Assembly: GCA_951406725.2 (NCBI GenBank)
Contig: OX597816.1
Coordinates: 177,320,001 to 177,384,000 of the forward strand
DNA: 64,000 nucleotides
Source of the DNA: Octopus vulgaris
Taxonomy: Eukaryota
Reading direction: 5' to 3'
Part shown: positions 50,479 to 62,375 of the stretch, in pieces
Layout of the letters: the number at the start of each line of letters is the position of its first letter
How positions within the stretch are numbered: position 1 is the stretch's first letter
Made by a program: the position numbers and the translations under genes
Notes under the pieces: generated by a model
Seen by the model: only the letters and a program-made list of their open reading frames with translations
What the model was told of the DNA's origin: nothing
Databases searched by the model: none

Positions 50479-50823
50479 AACTAGTTACTATTTGTTTGGC
50501 TTTGTTTTTCTTTTTCATCATAACTATATCATTTATTGGCAAAGTCTTAGTTAATTTCAATTTCGGGATATGTACTGCTTGCTGGTCACTATAAAGGGAA
50601 ATCAAATTAATGATTTTTATTTTATGACTTTATTGTCAGTGGAATATTTAAGGAATCGTTAAAACTCCGAATTTTTAAAATATTTAATTCAGTAAAGGAA
50701 TAGCATAAAAGTTTCTTAAATATGAGTGCTTCTATAGTGACAGTATCTGTTGAAATAGTATCCTGGTGTTCGTAAGTTTATTGAAGTTCATACCATCAAA
50801 ATACATTTTAGTGAGTATGGCAA

Positions 50824-50877
<54 letters not shown>

Positions 50878-50906
50878 ATTTGCCATACTCACTAAAATGT
50901 ATTTTG

Positions 50907-50956
<50 letters not shown>

Positions 50957-51029
50957 TCATAAATTATATATTGGTCCGTTTCTTTCTTCACTGCAAGGAG
51001 CTGTAGCCAGACATCGTCGTTGTCTTAGT

Positions 51030-51381
51030 ACTCTGACGGTTACGACAACGAGGGTTCCAGTTGATCCGATCAACGGAACATCCTGCTCCTGAAATTAACG
51101 TGTAAGTGGCAGAGAACTCCACAGATCCATGTACCTTTAACGTAGTTCTCGGGGAGATTCAGCGTGACACAGAGTGTGACAAGGCTGGCCCTTTGAAATA
51201 CAGGTACAACAGAAACAAAGAGTGAGAGAAAGTTGTGAAAGAGTACAGCAAGGTTCGCCACCACCCCCTGCCGGAGCCTCGTGAAGCTTTAGGTGTTTTC
51301 GCTCAATAAACACTCACATCGAAACCGCGACCCCACGACCGCAAGTCCGCAGACCTAAATACTGGGCCATTGCGCCTCCAC
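51030..51381 (-). mobile_element. SINE family C, near full length
   Basis: Minus-strand head TGGAGGCGCAATGGCCCAGT...GGTTTCGAT. Confidence 0.88.
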
Positions 51382-51539
51382 AACCAGACATAGTAACTAT
51401 TTGTAGATAGGTGATTTGAACCTGAGAAACACACAAGTCACAGTCTCAGAGATAATATGACAGCACGAATAAATAATCGCTTGAAGACATGAAAGATAAC
51501 GCTGAATAAGAAGGAAATGAAAAATTAATTATTAGTCTC

Positions 51540-51745
51540 AAATTTTAGCACAAGGCCAGCAATTTCGGATGTGGGTGCAAGTCGATTACATCGACCCCAG
51601 GGGTCAGCTGGCACTTAATTTATTGACCCCGAAAGTATGAATGGCAAAAGCAACTTCAGTACAATTTTAACTCATAATGTAAAGATGGACGAAATGTCGC
51701 AATGCGTTTTGTCCGGCGTGCTAACGATTCTATTACCTCGTTGGC
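51540..51745 (-). mobile_element. SINE family A (degenerate)
   Basis: Reverse-complement family A motifs. Confidence 0.7.
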
Positions 51746-52017
51746 TTGCATGAAATAATAAATACTAGCAGGTCCTGCAGAAATTCCACAGTGTAAGCCA
51801 GCATATTTGAAAACATTGTGTTGTTATATTAAACACAAGCAAAGAATTTCAAAAAAGTTCTTTTGAAATGTTGCCATTTAATCATAACGGAACGTTCAAA
51901 TATATTCGAAATGAACTAAGAGGTATTGCGTATTTTACTTCCTTTAATATGCTTGAAAGATTTATGCTTTATAGTTTAAGGAAATACAAGATGAATTAAG
52001 ATGATAAAACTTATTCG

Positions 52018-52057
<40 letters not shown>

Positions 52058-55000
52058 ACCTTTCGCTGTCCAACCACCACCAAGTCTCAGTCAATATTAT
52101 TTACCAATTGATATTATTTTCATTTTTTTCTTCATTTCAGTACAGTTCAGCAATATATCTACTTGTATATCTATCAAAATATATCTCTATCAGCATATGT
52201 GTTTATCTAATGGACAGAAGAACGAGAAGGACACCAAAAGAGAAACAAAATTACGGATAATACAACCAGATTGACAAATAGAGAAACGAAATAGTGTTGT
52301 AATGTTTTAATACCTTTGTGCTTTGTGTAAGATTCAGTGCTGAGGTAAAATTCGTTGATCAATTGAATTTTGTTTCTAGTTTGTAGCCATTTCATTTCAG
52401 TTACGGTGTTAATTATCTGTTACAGACGTATGTGTCTAAACGTCACAATCATGGGCGGAGATGCCATTGTTTGGTTGAGAAATTCACTACGCAACAATGT
52501 GATTCCGAATCCTCTCCGTGTGTGCAGTACTGCAGGTAAAGACTCTTCTACCGTGACCTCGGGTTGATCAAAAGCATGCGAATGAAATGTTGGAGATGGA
52601 AACTGTGTATCGACATGGGATGGGAATTAATCAATGGTTGACTTTACTTTTTCCTCTCTTGTGAGGACAATGAGATAAATATCAGACAAAATACTGAAAT
52701 CTATATAACTGACTAAAACCCTTAAAAGTTGCAGTTCAATGTCGATTGAAACATGTAAAAGAATAAGAGAGTAATATTGATACCTCTGTGGAACTCCATG
52801 ATTTGGATGCGACCAGAAGTCTGCACTGAGAAACTTCGTGCAATAGAAAATGACATCATAGCAAACTACGTAACAGTATGTGTAATTGAAGAGATAGAAA
52901 TATAAAGAGGACTACACAATAGAGAGTTTTGAAGTGAGGTCCCCAAAGTACCTGCTTAATTGCTATCAAAATATGCTGTCTGCTATAGGCTTTCACTGAT
53001 AGAGGCAAGCACCAATGGAAACGGTTTCTAGGAAAGAGGCCACCATGTTAACTAGTCTTTTATTTCGTGTGTTAGTCGCTTCGAATTCCTCGCCCAAATC
53101 ACAAGCAATAAGCTGTGTGCAAGCTGGCAAATCTCTTGAGATTTGATTTAATCTCAGCCCTTTGGCCCTGAGTGAACTAATACACAAATACGCAGACTGA
53201 AAAAGAGTTACAGCTGACATTATAATAATATAGGTTACTATTACACCTCTACAGTTAAAAAGTGGGTGAGCCCTTTGAATAAAATTCCCATTGCAAAAGT
53301 GATATGGAAGATTGCAAACGTCTTCATTCATTTGAACTATATCATAGAGGGGTGGATTGATAACGATAAAGTATCACCTTTAGATTTCAAACGCCTGCGT
53401 GTTATTTTTAGACGTGTTAGAGAATTACTAAAATAACCTAATCTTGGCGAACTAAGTTGGATGTTTTCGATGAATGATGAGAAAAATGATGAAAAAAAAA
53501 ATGTTTTTGTAAAATATGTCATAAGTTAAAATTAAAATTGCACTATATTTTTGCATATGCAAGTGTGTTCAAAGTGTCTATATATGTGCATGTGCTTACA
53601 TGTATTTGTACGTGTATGAGATAGTATATATTTGTGTATGGCACACACATAGCGAATGATAAGTTCGCTTCGCAGTTATCTGGTCCCATGTTCGAACACA
53701 TTGTATGTTTTCATGGACGAGTGCTTTCTCAGTCAGTCTAACCAAAGGTTTGTGAACTAAATTAGACTATGTCCATTATAACAATAGATGTGCTGATAGA
53801 AAGAAGCTCGTCGGATTGTTCCTCTCGAGGGCATAGTCTTGCTACATACAATGTCACGCTGATTCTTCTTGAGAATTACATTAAGATTACATATACCTCT
53901 GGAATACTCAGTCATATTCAATGTATTACAATGAGCAGGTACTTCAGTTAATTGAATAACTGGAATACTCACTATAGATTGTGACAATGGAATCATTTAC
54001 TTTTTAGATACTCTGTGTACAGAGTGCTGTGATATTGCGATAAACCCTTTTCTTCGCGTTCGGAACCCGTATTTTTATCTGCTTCACATTCATCGTCAAA
54101 ACCCTTGGACCTTGTGTCTTCCACTTTCCTTTTTACTCTAAATCTTATACTTCAGTGTTAATTACCATCGTATGAAAATTTAGGTAGAGTTTTTCAGTGG
54201 GACTATTTACAAACACATTCTCATACACGCTAACATACATTTACATACAGATAAATACACACGCGCATACACGTATGCACATGCGTACACGTACACATAT
54301 AGACGCATACTAAATGAAAATTGGCCCCAACATTTCAGTAGATATACTGGTTAGATTACGACTTGTGAATGTCAGTTTTTAGGTTAGTGGTGTCGAAAGA
54401 TACATGGAACGGGATACATTGATATGAATTCAATTCAATAAAACTAGCCGAATTCAATTCAATAAAACTAGCCACTAGTTTTGTAGGTCGCCACAAGACG
54501 CAAACATATACGAACTTAGCTTTCAAACACACACATACACACGCGTGCGTATACGCACACACACACATATATTCGTTAGTTTGTATGCAGGTGTGTATAC
54601 GTGCACGTGTGTTACTATATGTGTGATATGGACATTATTTATATATTGTGCATATATTAGCTAATAAAAATAAACGACACAATATTGTCAAAATTGTCCA
54701 AGGTAGTCATAGTCCAGATGTACACACTTCTTAGCTATCATTTCGTCGGCCATAGATAGCGTAATGTTTTCGAGGAAAATCTTTTAGGTTATCAGATTGC
54801 CCTATCTTATCCTACCATGTGGATACCCGAGTAAGATATACGACTACTCCTGCTGTTGTGGTAGATTATTTTAGCTCATGTTCTTTGCGAATAAGTAAAA
54901 ACAAAATGTATTTTCAATTTCTCTAGTGAGCGGCTTTCGTTTCAGTTAGTTATGTAAGTAAAAGAAAAAAGACTAAAACAGTAGCATTTCTATAATTATA

Positions 55001-55156
55001 TATTGCTTCAGTGAATGTGTGGAAAAATCTGTCACATACGTTATCTAAGACTTCTGATTTTAATTACTTGATTGATCAAAGATTATACTAATAAATTACG
55101 GATTTATTATGGACTTTCTTAACTTATTTACTTTGTATATATTATTTACGTCACAA

Positions 55157-55560
55157 AGGTGGCGAGCTGGCAGAAACGTCAACACATCGGGCGAAATGCT
55201 TAGTGGCATTTCATCCGTCTACATGTTCTGAGTTCAAATTCCGCCGTGGTCGACTTTGCCTTTCATCCTTTCACAGTCGATAAAATACGTATCAGTTGTG
55301 CACTGGGATCGATGTAATCGACTTAATCCATTTGTCTGTTCTTGTTTGTCCTCTCTGTGTTTAGTCCCTTGTGGGTAGTAAAAAATAGGTATTTCTTTCG
55401 GTTTCACACTCTGAGTTCAAATCCCGGCCAGGTCAACTTTTCCTTTCATTCATTCGGAATTGATGAAATGAAGTACCAATCAAGTTTTGGAGTCAATGTG
55501 AGCACCTAACGCCCTCCTCCCGAATTCGATAGATATGTGCCAAAACTTGAAACCATCATG
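55157..55560 (+). mobile_element. Dimeric SINE family A
   Basis: Head, linker (AATCC.TTTGTCTG...CCCTTGTGGGTAGTA) and a second module. Confidence 0.8.
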
Positions 55561-55904
55561 TAGATTTTATGCATCGTTATTGCTTTTTTCTTCTCTATCT
55601 TTGTATCACAGTTTCAAGGATGTCTGAATCTTTCAACCAGAATGCATTCTGCAACGTTATCGTAACAATCTAAAAGGTCGATTAAATAAAATACTAGTGA
55701 AGTACTGTGGTCGATGGTATCAACTATACACTCTCTTCAAATTAACTAGCTTCGCGCCTAAATTAAAAACACTTATGATATATTAAGGTTGAAAATAGCA
55801 ACTGATTTCAAACTTGAACCAAAAAATTAATGAAACGGTAACATCATCAACTGATATAGAAGAGTACTGGCCAAAGAAAAACAGAAAAAAAGAAAAGGAT
55901 TTTT

Positions 55905-56225
55905 TTTACACAGGATAATTGTCAATGGCTATTTTTTTTTCCCAGTTCATGCTGACCTTCAGCTTTATGTTAACATCTGCTAGGCAGCTAATTTCTACAA
56001 ATATGCTGTTTCTCTTCTCTAACCCAAATCATTATATCAGGTCTGCTGGGCTTACATTTCATTGAGGTCTTCACTAGTACATTCCACCAGTATTCCTTTT
56101 TATTACGAGTGGCTATAGCTCCTACCATATTGTGGGTTCTTATTTTTTTGTCCTCGGGTTTATCCTTCCCACGGATTTCATTATAGAGCGTCCTAGCTAC
56201 AACCTCATGGCAAATAATCAAAAGT
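55905..56225 (-). mobile_element. R4/Dong-like RLE fragment
   Basis: HEVVARTLYNEI...YWWNVLVKT...SRPDIMIW. Confidence 0.7.
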
Positions 56226-56788
56226 AGAAGAGGACATAGATACACATGAGTGTGTGCGTGTGAATGTGTGTGTGTAAGCGTGTGTATGTATGTGCATGTT
56301 CGCGCATATGTGTGATGAATAATTTCTTTCGTTATCTCTTGCTCAGAGTCAATTAATATGTTGCATAACATCAAATTTGAAACAACTAAGCTAAATTCTA
56401 TTTGAATGTTCGCACGTCTTCAAAATTCGACATTACGTCAATTTTCTTTGGCAGCCACTTCTAGTTGTCGGCTCTACCAAAATCTGTGATATAACTTTGG
56501 ACAGCCTGATCAAATTTCTGAAAGTTCTCTTTAGAAATTTGAGCAGGCGTAGTTAATTTGTGCTTCCGCCGTTTGCCTGCATTCTTCACCTCTCACCTAT
56601 ATTTTTAAAGGCAGCTCTGTACTGTTCATCTCCAATCCTTTGCTATGCACCATAATGTCATTATTATTCAGACGTGCCTTATCGTCATATCAAACACTTT
56701 AATTCTTTCATATATTACTGCATAATTACAAAAAGATGTTTATTGCTTTGTCACACATTCACGTAACAGTTGATATTCTTATATATAT

Positions 56789-56972
56789 AAGGCGGCGAGC
56801 TGACAGAATCGTTAGCATGTCGGGCGATGGCATTTCGCCCGTCTTTACGTTCTGAGTTCAAATTCTGCCGTGGTCGACTTAACCATTCATCCTTACGTGG
56901 TCGATAAAATAAGTACTAGTCGATTTACCCACTCTCCCGAAGTTGCAGGACTTGTACCAGAATTTGAAATCA
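56789..56972 (+). mobile_element. SINE family A (internally deleted)
   Basis: Family A head, B-box and tail. Confidence 0.8.
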
Positions 56973-57570
56973 ATATTTCTCATACATACCATTATAAAAC
57001 AATTACAGCACACAACTCCACAAATAAATATAGTTCTATAGCATAGTCGACCAATTGCTGTATGACTATGTCTGTTCACTGACTCCCCGAAACTGGTGAA
57101 ATCAGTGTGGTTTATGTTCATCTTGAACATTTATTAACGAATTTCTGCATATTTATTCTTAATACATCTCAGCAATTTCAGACGCAAATTATGCTGGGCG
57201 CTGTAGGTTTTGAAAAGAGAAAAGATAGAAAAGATCGTTCACTATTTTCCCCTCGTTCTGGTCTGACGATGTTCCATGTTTGTTTCCTTGTATGTCTCCA
57301 TTGTCTTGTTTTTGTTCCCAACCTTGATCCCACCATAAATCCAAAATTTCATTTTGGAATTTATGGGAGCAACTATCTTCGAAGAATCTTATTGTCGTTG
57401 AATGCTCGAAATGAGGAGTAGATAGACAGCAGACAACTGATGATGGGCCGCTCTTTGCGATACTTTTCCATTACTTTTCCTGTTTTCCTATTTTCTCTCT
57501 CGTCGTTTGCGTATTTAACTCCTTTGTTTTCGTACTTCATGTTGTTTACACATTTGGTGACGTCCTGTAC

Positions 57571-57630
<60 letters not shown>

Positions 57631-57671
57631 TATTATTTAATTGAACGCCACGCATCTTTTTCCGAGTAAGC

Positions 57672-57708
<37 letters not shown>

Positions 57709-57934
57709 TCAAAATAAGGTGTGCGTTGTGTTACAGGAATAATATTTTCAGAAATCAAAACGTATAGTAATAAACAAACGGACAGAAAGACATGTTAAAT
57801 GCACAGACGCACAGAGTGCGAACACTGGTCACAAATTCTTCGATAACTGATGAAGAATTTGAGCGTCTATGCATTCAGTGCATTTAGTATTTATTTCTGT
57901 CGGTTTGTTTATTACTATACGTTTTGGCTTCTAA

Positions 57935-57935
57935 A

Positions 57936-58004
<69 letters not shown>

Positions 58005-58017
58005 CATTATTATTATT

Positions 58018-58061
<44 letters not shown>

Positions 58062-58105
58062 CATTATTATTATTATTATTATCATCACTATTATTATTAT
58101 TACTA
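57935..58105. repeat. (TTA)n microsatellite
   Basis: Directly visible. Confidence 0.97.
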
Positions 58106-58588
58106 TTCTATGTTTGACTCTTGCTTTACATTTGCACAAGCTGGCTCCAAATTTCACCTAGAGACCTCAAGAGACAGCGAGTTGGAAGTTTGTGTTTGTG
58201 TTATGCCTAGGGTGCCATATATTTGGTTTTGTACTCAGTGTTGTACTAGTGAATGTTTAAGAAACCATAAGAAAGTAATGTTTGTTTTAAAACTTGAGAT
58301 TGCATTGAAAGTATTTAACGTAGGATATGAGCAGTTTTCATGAGCACTATCTTTTGAATTTCTGCCATTTTTGGGTTTCCTGGTATCTGCGTTAGGTAGC
58401 AATCAGTCCCTTTTGCTATCATTCCCAGGGCACCTATGACAACAGGTATTGTTTTAGTCTTCAGATTGCACATTTTGCTGATTACTATTTCAAGATCTTT
58501 ATATTTGTTCAGTTTTTGTTAGGTCTTGACAGATACGGTTATATCGATAGGGACAGTCATATCAATGAGGAGGCATGATTTTTGTCTG
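58106..58588 (-). mobile_element. R4/Dong 3' fragment (same family as 1558-2173)
   Basis: CLLIDMTVPID...KLNKYKDL, IVLMKTAHILR and a matching 3'UTR abutting (TAA)n. Confidence 0.82.
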
Positions 58589-58609
58589 TATGTATGTATG
58601 TATGCATGT

Positions 58610-59430
58610 GTGTTTCATGTTCTTGTCCATGTCTGTAATTATTTTTACTGTTTACCTATATAATCGGCGGCTACGTATCCACAATTGTCCTTATACGATA
58701 AGTATATTTTTTCTCTAGCATTGATACGACTCTTAATATGTCTCTTTCTCTCTCTCTCTCTCTCCTCCCTTATTCCCCTTCCTTTCTTTCCCTCTCCATC
58801 CGTCTTCCCCCCTTCTACGTTTCTCTATCTCTCTCACCTCCAGCCCCCTCGATCTGTCTCTTTCTTCTCCTCCCTCGTCCACCTTCTCTCTCTTTTCATC
58901 TGTCCCTTTCTCCTGTCTTTTGTTCTCACGTGACCGCTAGCCGCTGTTGAGCGCTCTTTTCGTTCCAGCAGCCGCCGAAGCAACACGTATTTGTTCGTCT
59001 CCCTGCGGCCATTAGGCACAACTTCATAAGCCAGCCCCATACTCAACTCGTCCTGTCGAAAGACCCTTGTCCTACGTCCTGGTTTTGTTTTGTTGTTTAT
59101 TTTTTATTTTTACCGTTATTGTTTTTACGTTTTTGTATTCTTATTGGTGTCACGTATTCTGTATTTTTGTTCGTGTACTTCGTTCGTTTTCCGTCCTCGT
59201 GTTGTATACATTCGAAGCTTTCTTCCAGGGGATCTAATGCGCTTGGCTTAGATTTCCCTTGGCGGGCTGCCCATATCGGAGCAATCTCAAGATTAATCAG
59301 CCGAAATTGCTAAGATGATCTGGTTCTTGACTGATGACTGAGGGCTTCGAATGTCCCGTCCTGTGGTTCTTGTGTCGCCTCTGTGGTGTTTCATGTTCTT
59401 GTCCATGTCTGTAATTATTTTTACTGTTTA

Positions 59431-59438
<8 letters not shown>
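58610..59438 (+). mobile_element. Non-coding element with 53-bp terminal direct repeats (partial tandem, pLTR-like), ending in (TA)n
   Basis: GTGTTTCATGTTCTTGTCCATGTCTGTAATTATTTTTACTGTTTACCTATATA at 58610-58662 and 59386-59438. Confidence 0.7.
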
Positions 59439-59462
<24 letters not shown>

Positions 59463-59463
<1 letters not shown>

Positions 59464-59786
59464 CAATTGCAGCGTGGAAGGTGTTTATAAGCCATTTAAG
59501 AAACACAAAACCGTTAGATTCACTTTATCATTTAAATTAAATTTCTCAAAATATTTTCATCGCTTACACACTGGGACCTGTTCACTGACAAAAAAGGGAT
59601 GCAGCACAGAATTTTGTCAGTGAACAGGTGGCGGTCTGAAAGCGACGAAAATATTTTGACAAATTAAATTTAAATGCTGAAGTGAATCTAACAGTTTTTG
59701 TGTGTTTAAACACCTTCCTCGCTGCAATTGTTTTCGTTCCAGCACACGACATCAGATCAGGTCACTTGCTATGCAAGTATATCTCC

Positions 59787-59787
<1 letters not shown>
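59463..59787. mobile_element. Fold-back element in (TA)n with a one-sided tail
   Basis: Inverted repeat 59463-59731 (ACAATTGCAGCG...CGCTGCAATTGT), tail at 59732-59787, (TA)n on both sides. Confidence 0.82.
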
Positions 59788-59847
<60 letters not shown>

Positions 59848-60104
59848 TTTATATATAAAAAAGATAAGACCACTATTTAGCATAACGGCCAGTTGATAAG
59901 TGGCCTGCATGGAAAATTCCGTATTGGTAATAATTATTATAGTTATATAATAATATAAATATAATTATAATTAACGGTACCGAAGAGGCACTACCATACT
60001 AGAAATAGCAGTCAAAATTGATTATACATGATGTGGTTCTATAGTCAGTTTTGGCTGTTATTTCTGACATGGTGGTGCACACACACATTTATATATACCT
60101 TCTT

Positions 60105-60195
60105 TTACTCTTGACTGCGATCAAGCGGCCGATTGTCAAGCGATGGTGGGGGCACAAACACAAACACAAAGACACACATACACATAAATATATAC

Positions 60196-60273
<78 letters not shown>

Positions 60274-60450
60274 GTATATATATATATACATACATACATA
60301 TACATGACGGTTATCTTTCAGTTTCCGTCTACCAAATCCACTCACACGGCTTTGGTCGCTCAAGTAGAAGTCACGTGCCCAAGGTGCCATGCAGTGGGAC
60401 TAAAACCGGAACCATGTGGTTGTGAAGCTAGCCTCTTATCACACACCCAC
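60105..60450 (-). mobile_element. SINE family B with an expanded internal (TA)n
   Basis: CAGTTTCCGTCTACCAAATCCACTCAC...CCCAAGGTGCCA.GCAGTGGGACT. Confidence 0.8.
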
Positions 60451-60639
60451 GCTTGTATGTATATATGTATATATATGTACACACACACACACACACACAA
60501 ACATACACATAGACTCAGACACACACATTATATACACAGGCATGATCGTATAAGTCTATCAGAACAAATCGGGATTAACAGGAGACTAATAACTCATGCG
60601 AATACTTAAGCGCTCTGTAGATAAAGACATACCGACAAA

Positions 60640-61490
60640 CAAAAAAGTCTTGCAATCGCGTTTGTACTCCAGGTAATCCAAATCCAATCAAATTTCTATA
60701 TACATGTCTCCAATACCCACTTTATATATTATGTTTTTACTGAATGAAATATAAACTAATGTGTTTTATACATTTATTTATTTTATACATTTATTTATTA
60801 TAGGCTCACAGCTGTTTCAGTTATGCACCTGGGTGCGTTCGCGGCACTATCTTATCAATCGATCGATTGATCGACTGAAAATATAGGGAACCAACTGCCT
60901 GAATTTATCTTCGTCAGACCCAAAACATATCCAATGTCAAGGAGAAAGAAGACCAGGTAGAGGAAGGAATTTGGTAGAAGTGGTATTTCTTATATTTAAC
61001 TCGGTCATTTATTAACTAATAATATATTTATTCATATTCATGACGATGTTAATATATTAGAACAAAGAGGGATTAATAAGAGATTAGTAATCCAAGTGAA
61101 ATTCTTCTTAAATTCTCTCTAGATACAGATGGTAACAAAATTCTTGCGATCGGTCTTGGACTCTAGGTAATCCAAATCAAATACCTTCGGCAGTCAAATT
61201 TTTAAATACATTGTTCCAGTACCCACTTTATATAGTATATTTTTACTGAGGGATCCATGAAATAGTGTGTTTTACACACTTATTTATTATAGTCTTACAA
61301 CTGTTTCAGTTATGCGCTTGGGTGTTTTCATGGCTCAATCTTATAAATCAATCGATTGTTCAATTGAAAATATTAGGAACCAATAGCCCAAATCTATTTT
61401 CGTCAGAGCCAAAACGAATCGAATGCCAACGAAAAACAAGGAAAGGTAAACTAGGGAATTTGGTGAATGTAGTATTTCTTATATAGAACT
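60640..61490 (-). mobile_element. Diverged tandem dimer (~490-bp unit) with a hammerhead motif in each unit
   Basis: Units ~60648-60995 and ~61142-61490 align; minus strand CTGACGA...GAAACAGCTGTG (60803-60921) and CTGACGA...GAAACAGTTGTA|AGAC (61292-61410). Confidence 0.65.
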
Positions 61491-61986
61491 ATTTTTTAGA
61501 TAATCACTCTTAAGCCATTTTTGGTTCATCTATTTTTAGACACTCAACCTTAAGCCATTGTCGGCTCTTGCCACGGTTGAATAATATTGGCATCCAGTAA
61601 AGAAATTTGATACCCTACTTCTAATGGCCAGTGTCAGGCTGTAGGCGGTTACCGCTATATTTTGGGAGAATGTCAGGGAATACGTGCAAATATACAAATC
61701 AAAAGGCAGTTAGGTTTCAACATAGTTTCAACCTGAAGTATGAAAATCTATATATTTGCCACAACTTCACATAATTAAAAACAGTTATAAGTAATGGTTG
61801 AACAAGTGGTCAGGAATTAGAAATAAACAATAGCAAGTAAGGTAACAATAATAGTAAGGCTGCATTATAATCCTAAATTATTGGACTTTTGGTACAGCTA
61901 TACTAAGATATAATCTTTAGTGCAGATGGTAATGTAAAATTGCACCAGAACAAAATAAAGAATGAAGCAAAAATAAAACAAAAACA

Positions 61987-62375
61987 AGTGACTGTGTGGT
62001 AAGTAGCTTGCTTACCAACCACATGGTTCTAGGTTCAATCCCACTGCGTGGCACCTTGGGCAAATGTCTTCCGCTATAGCCTCGGGCCGACCAAAGCCTT
62101 GAGAGTGGATTTGGTAGACGGAAACTCAAAGAAACCCGTCACATATTTATATATATGCATGTATATGTTTGTGTGTCTGTGTTTGTTTCCCCACCGTCAC
62201 TTGACAACCAATGCTGGTGTACTTACACCCCCGTAACTTAGCGGTTCAGTAAAAAAAGACCGATAGAATAAGTACTAGGCTTCCAGAGAATAAATTCTGG
62301 GGTCGATTTGTACGACTAAAGGCGGTACTCCAGCATGGCCGCAGTCAAATGACTGAATCAAGTAAAAAGAGTGAA
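61987..62375 (+). mobile_element. SINE family B, near full length
   Basis: A-box GTGTGGTAAG, B-box GGTTCAATCCC, CCTTGGGCAA domain, internal microsatellite, tail CCAGCATGGCCGCAGTCAAATGACTGAA. Confidence 0.9.

Noticed and set aside
57404-57450. Possible permuted hammerhead (GCTC-GAAA...CTGATGA-T-GGGC)
   Set aside because: Stem I cannot be formed and stem III is poor.
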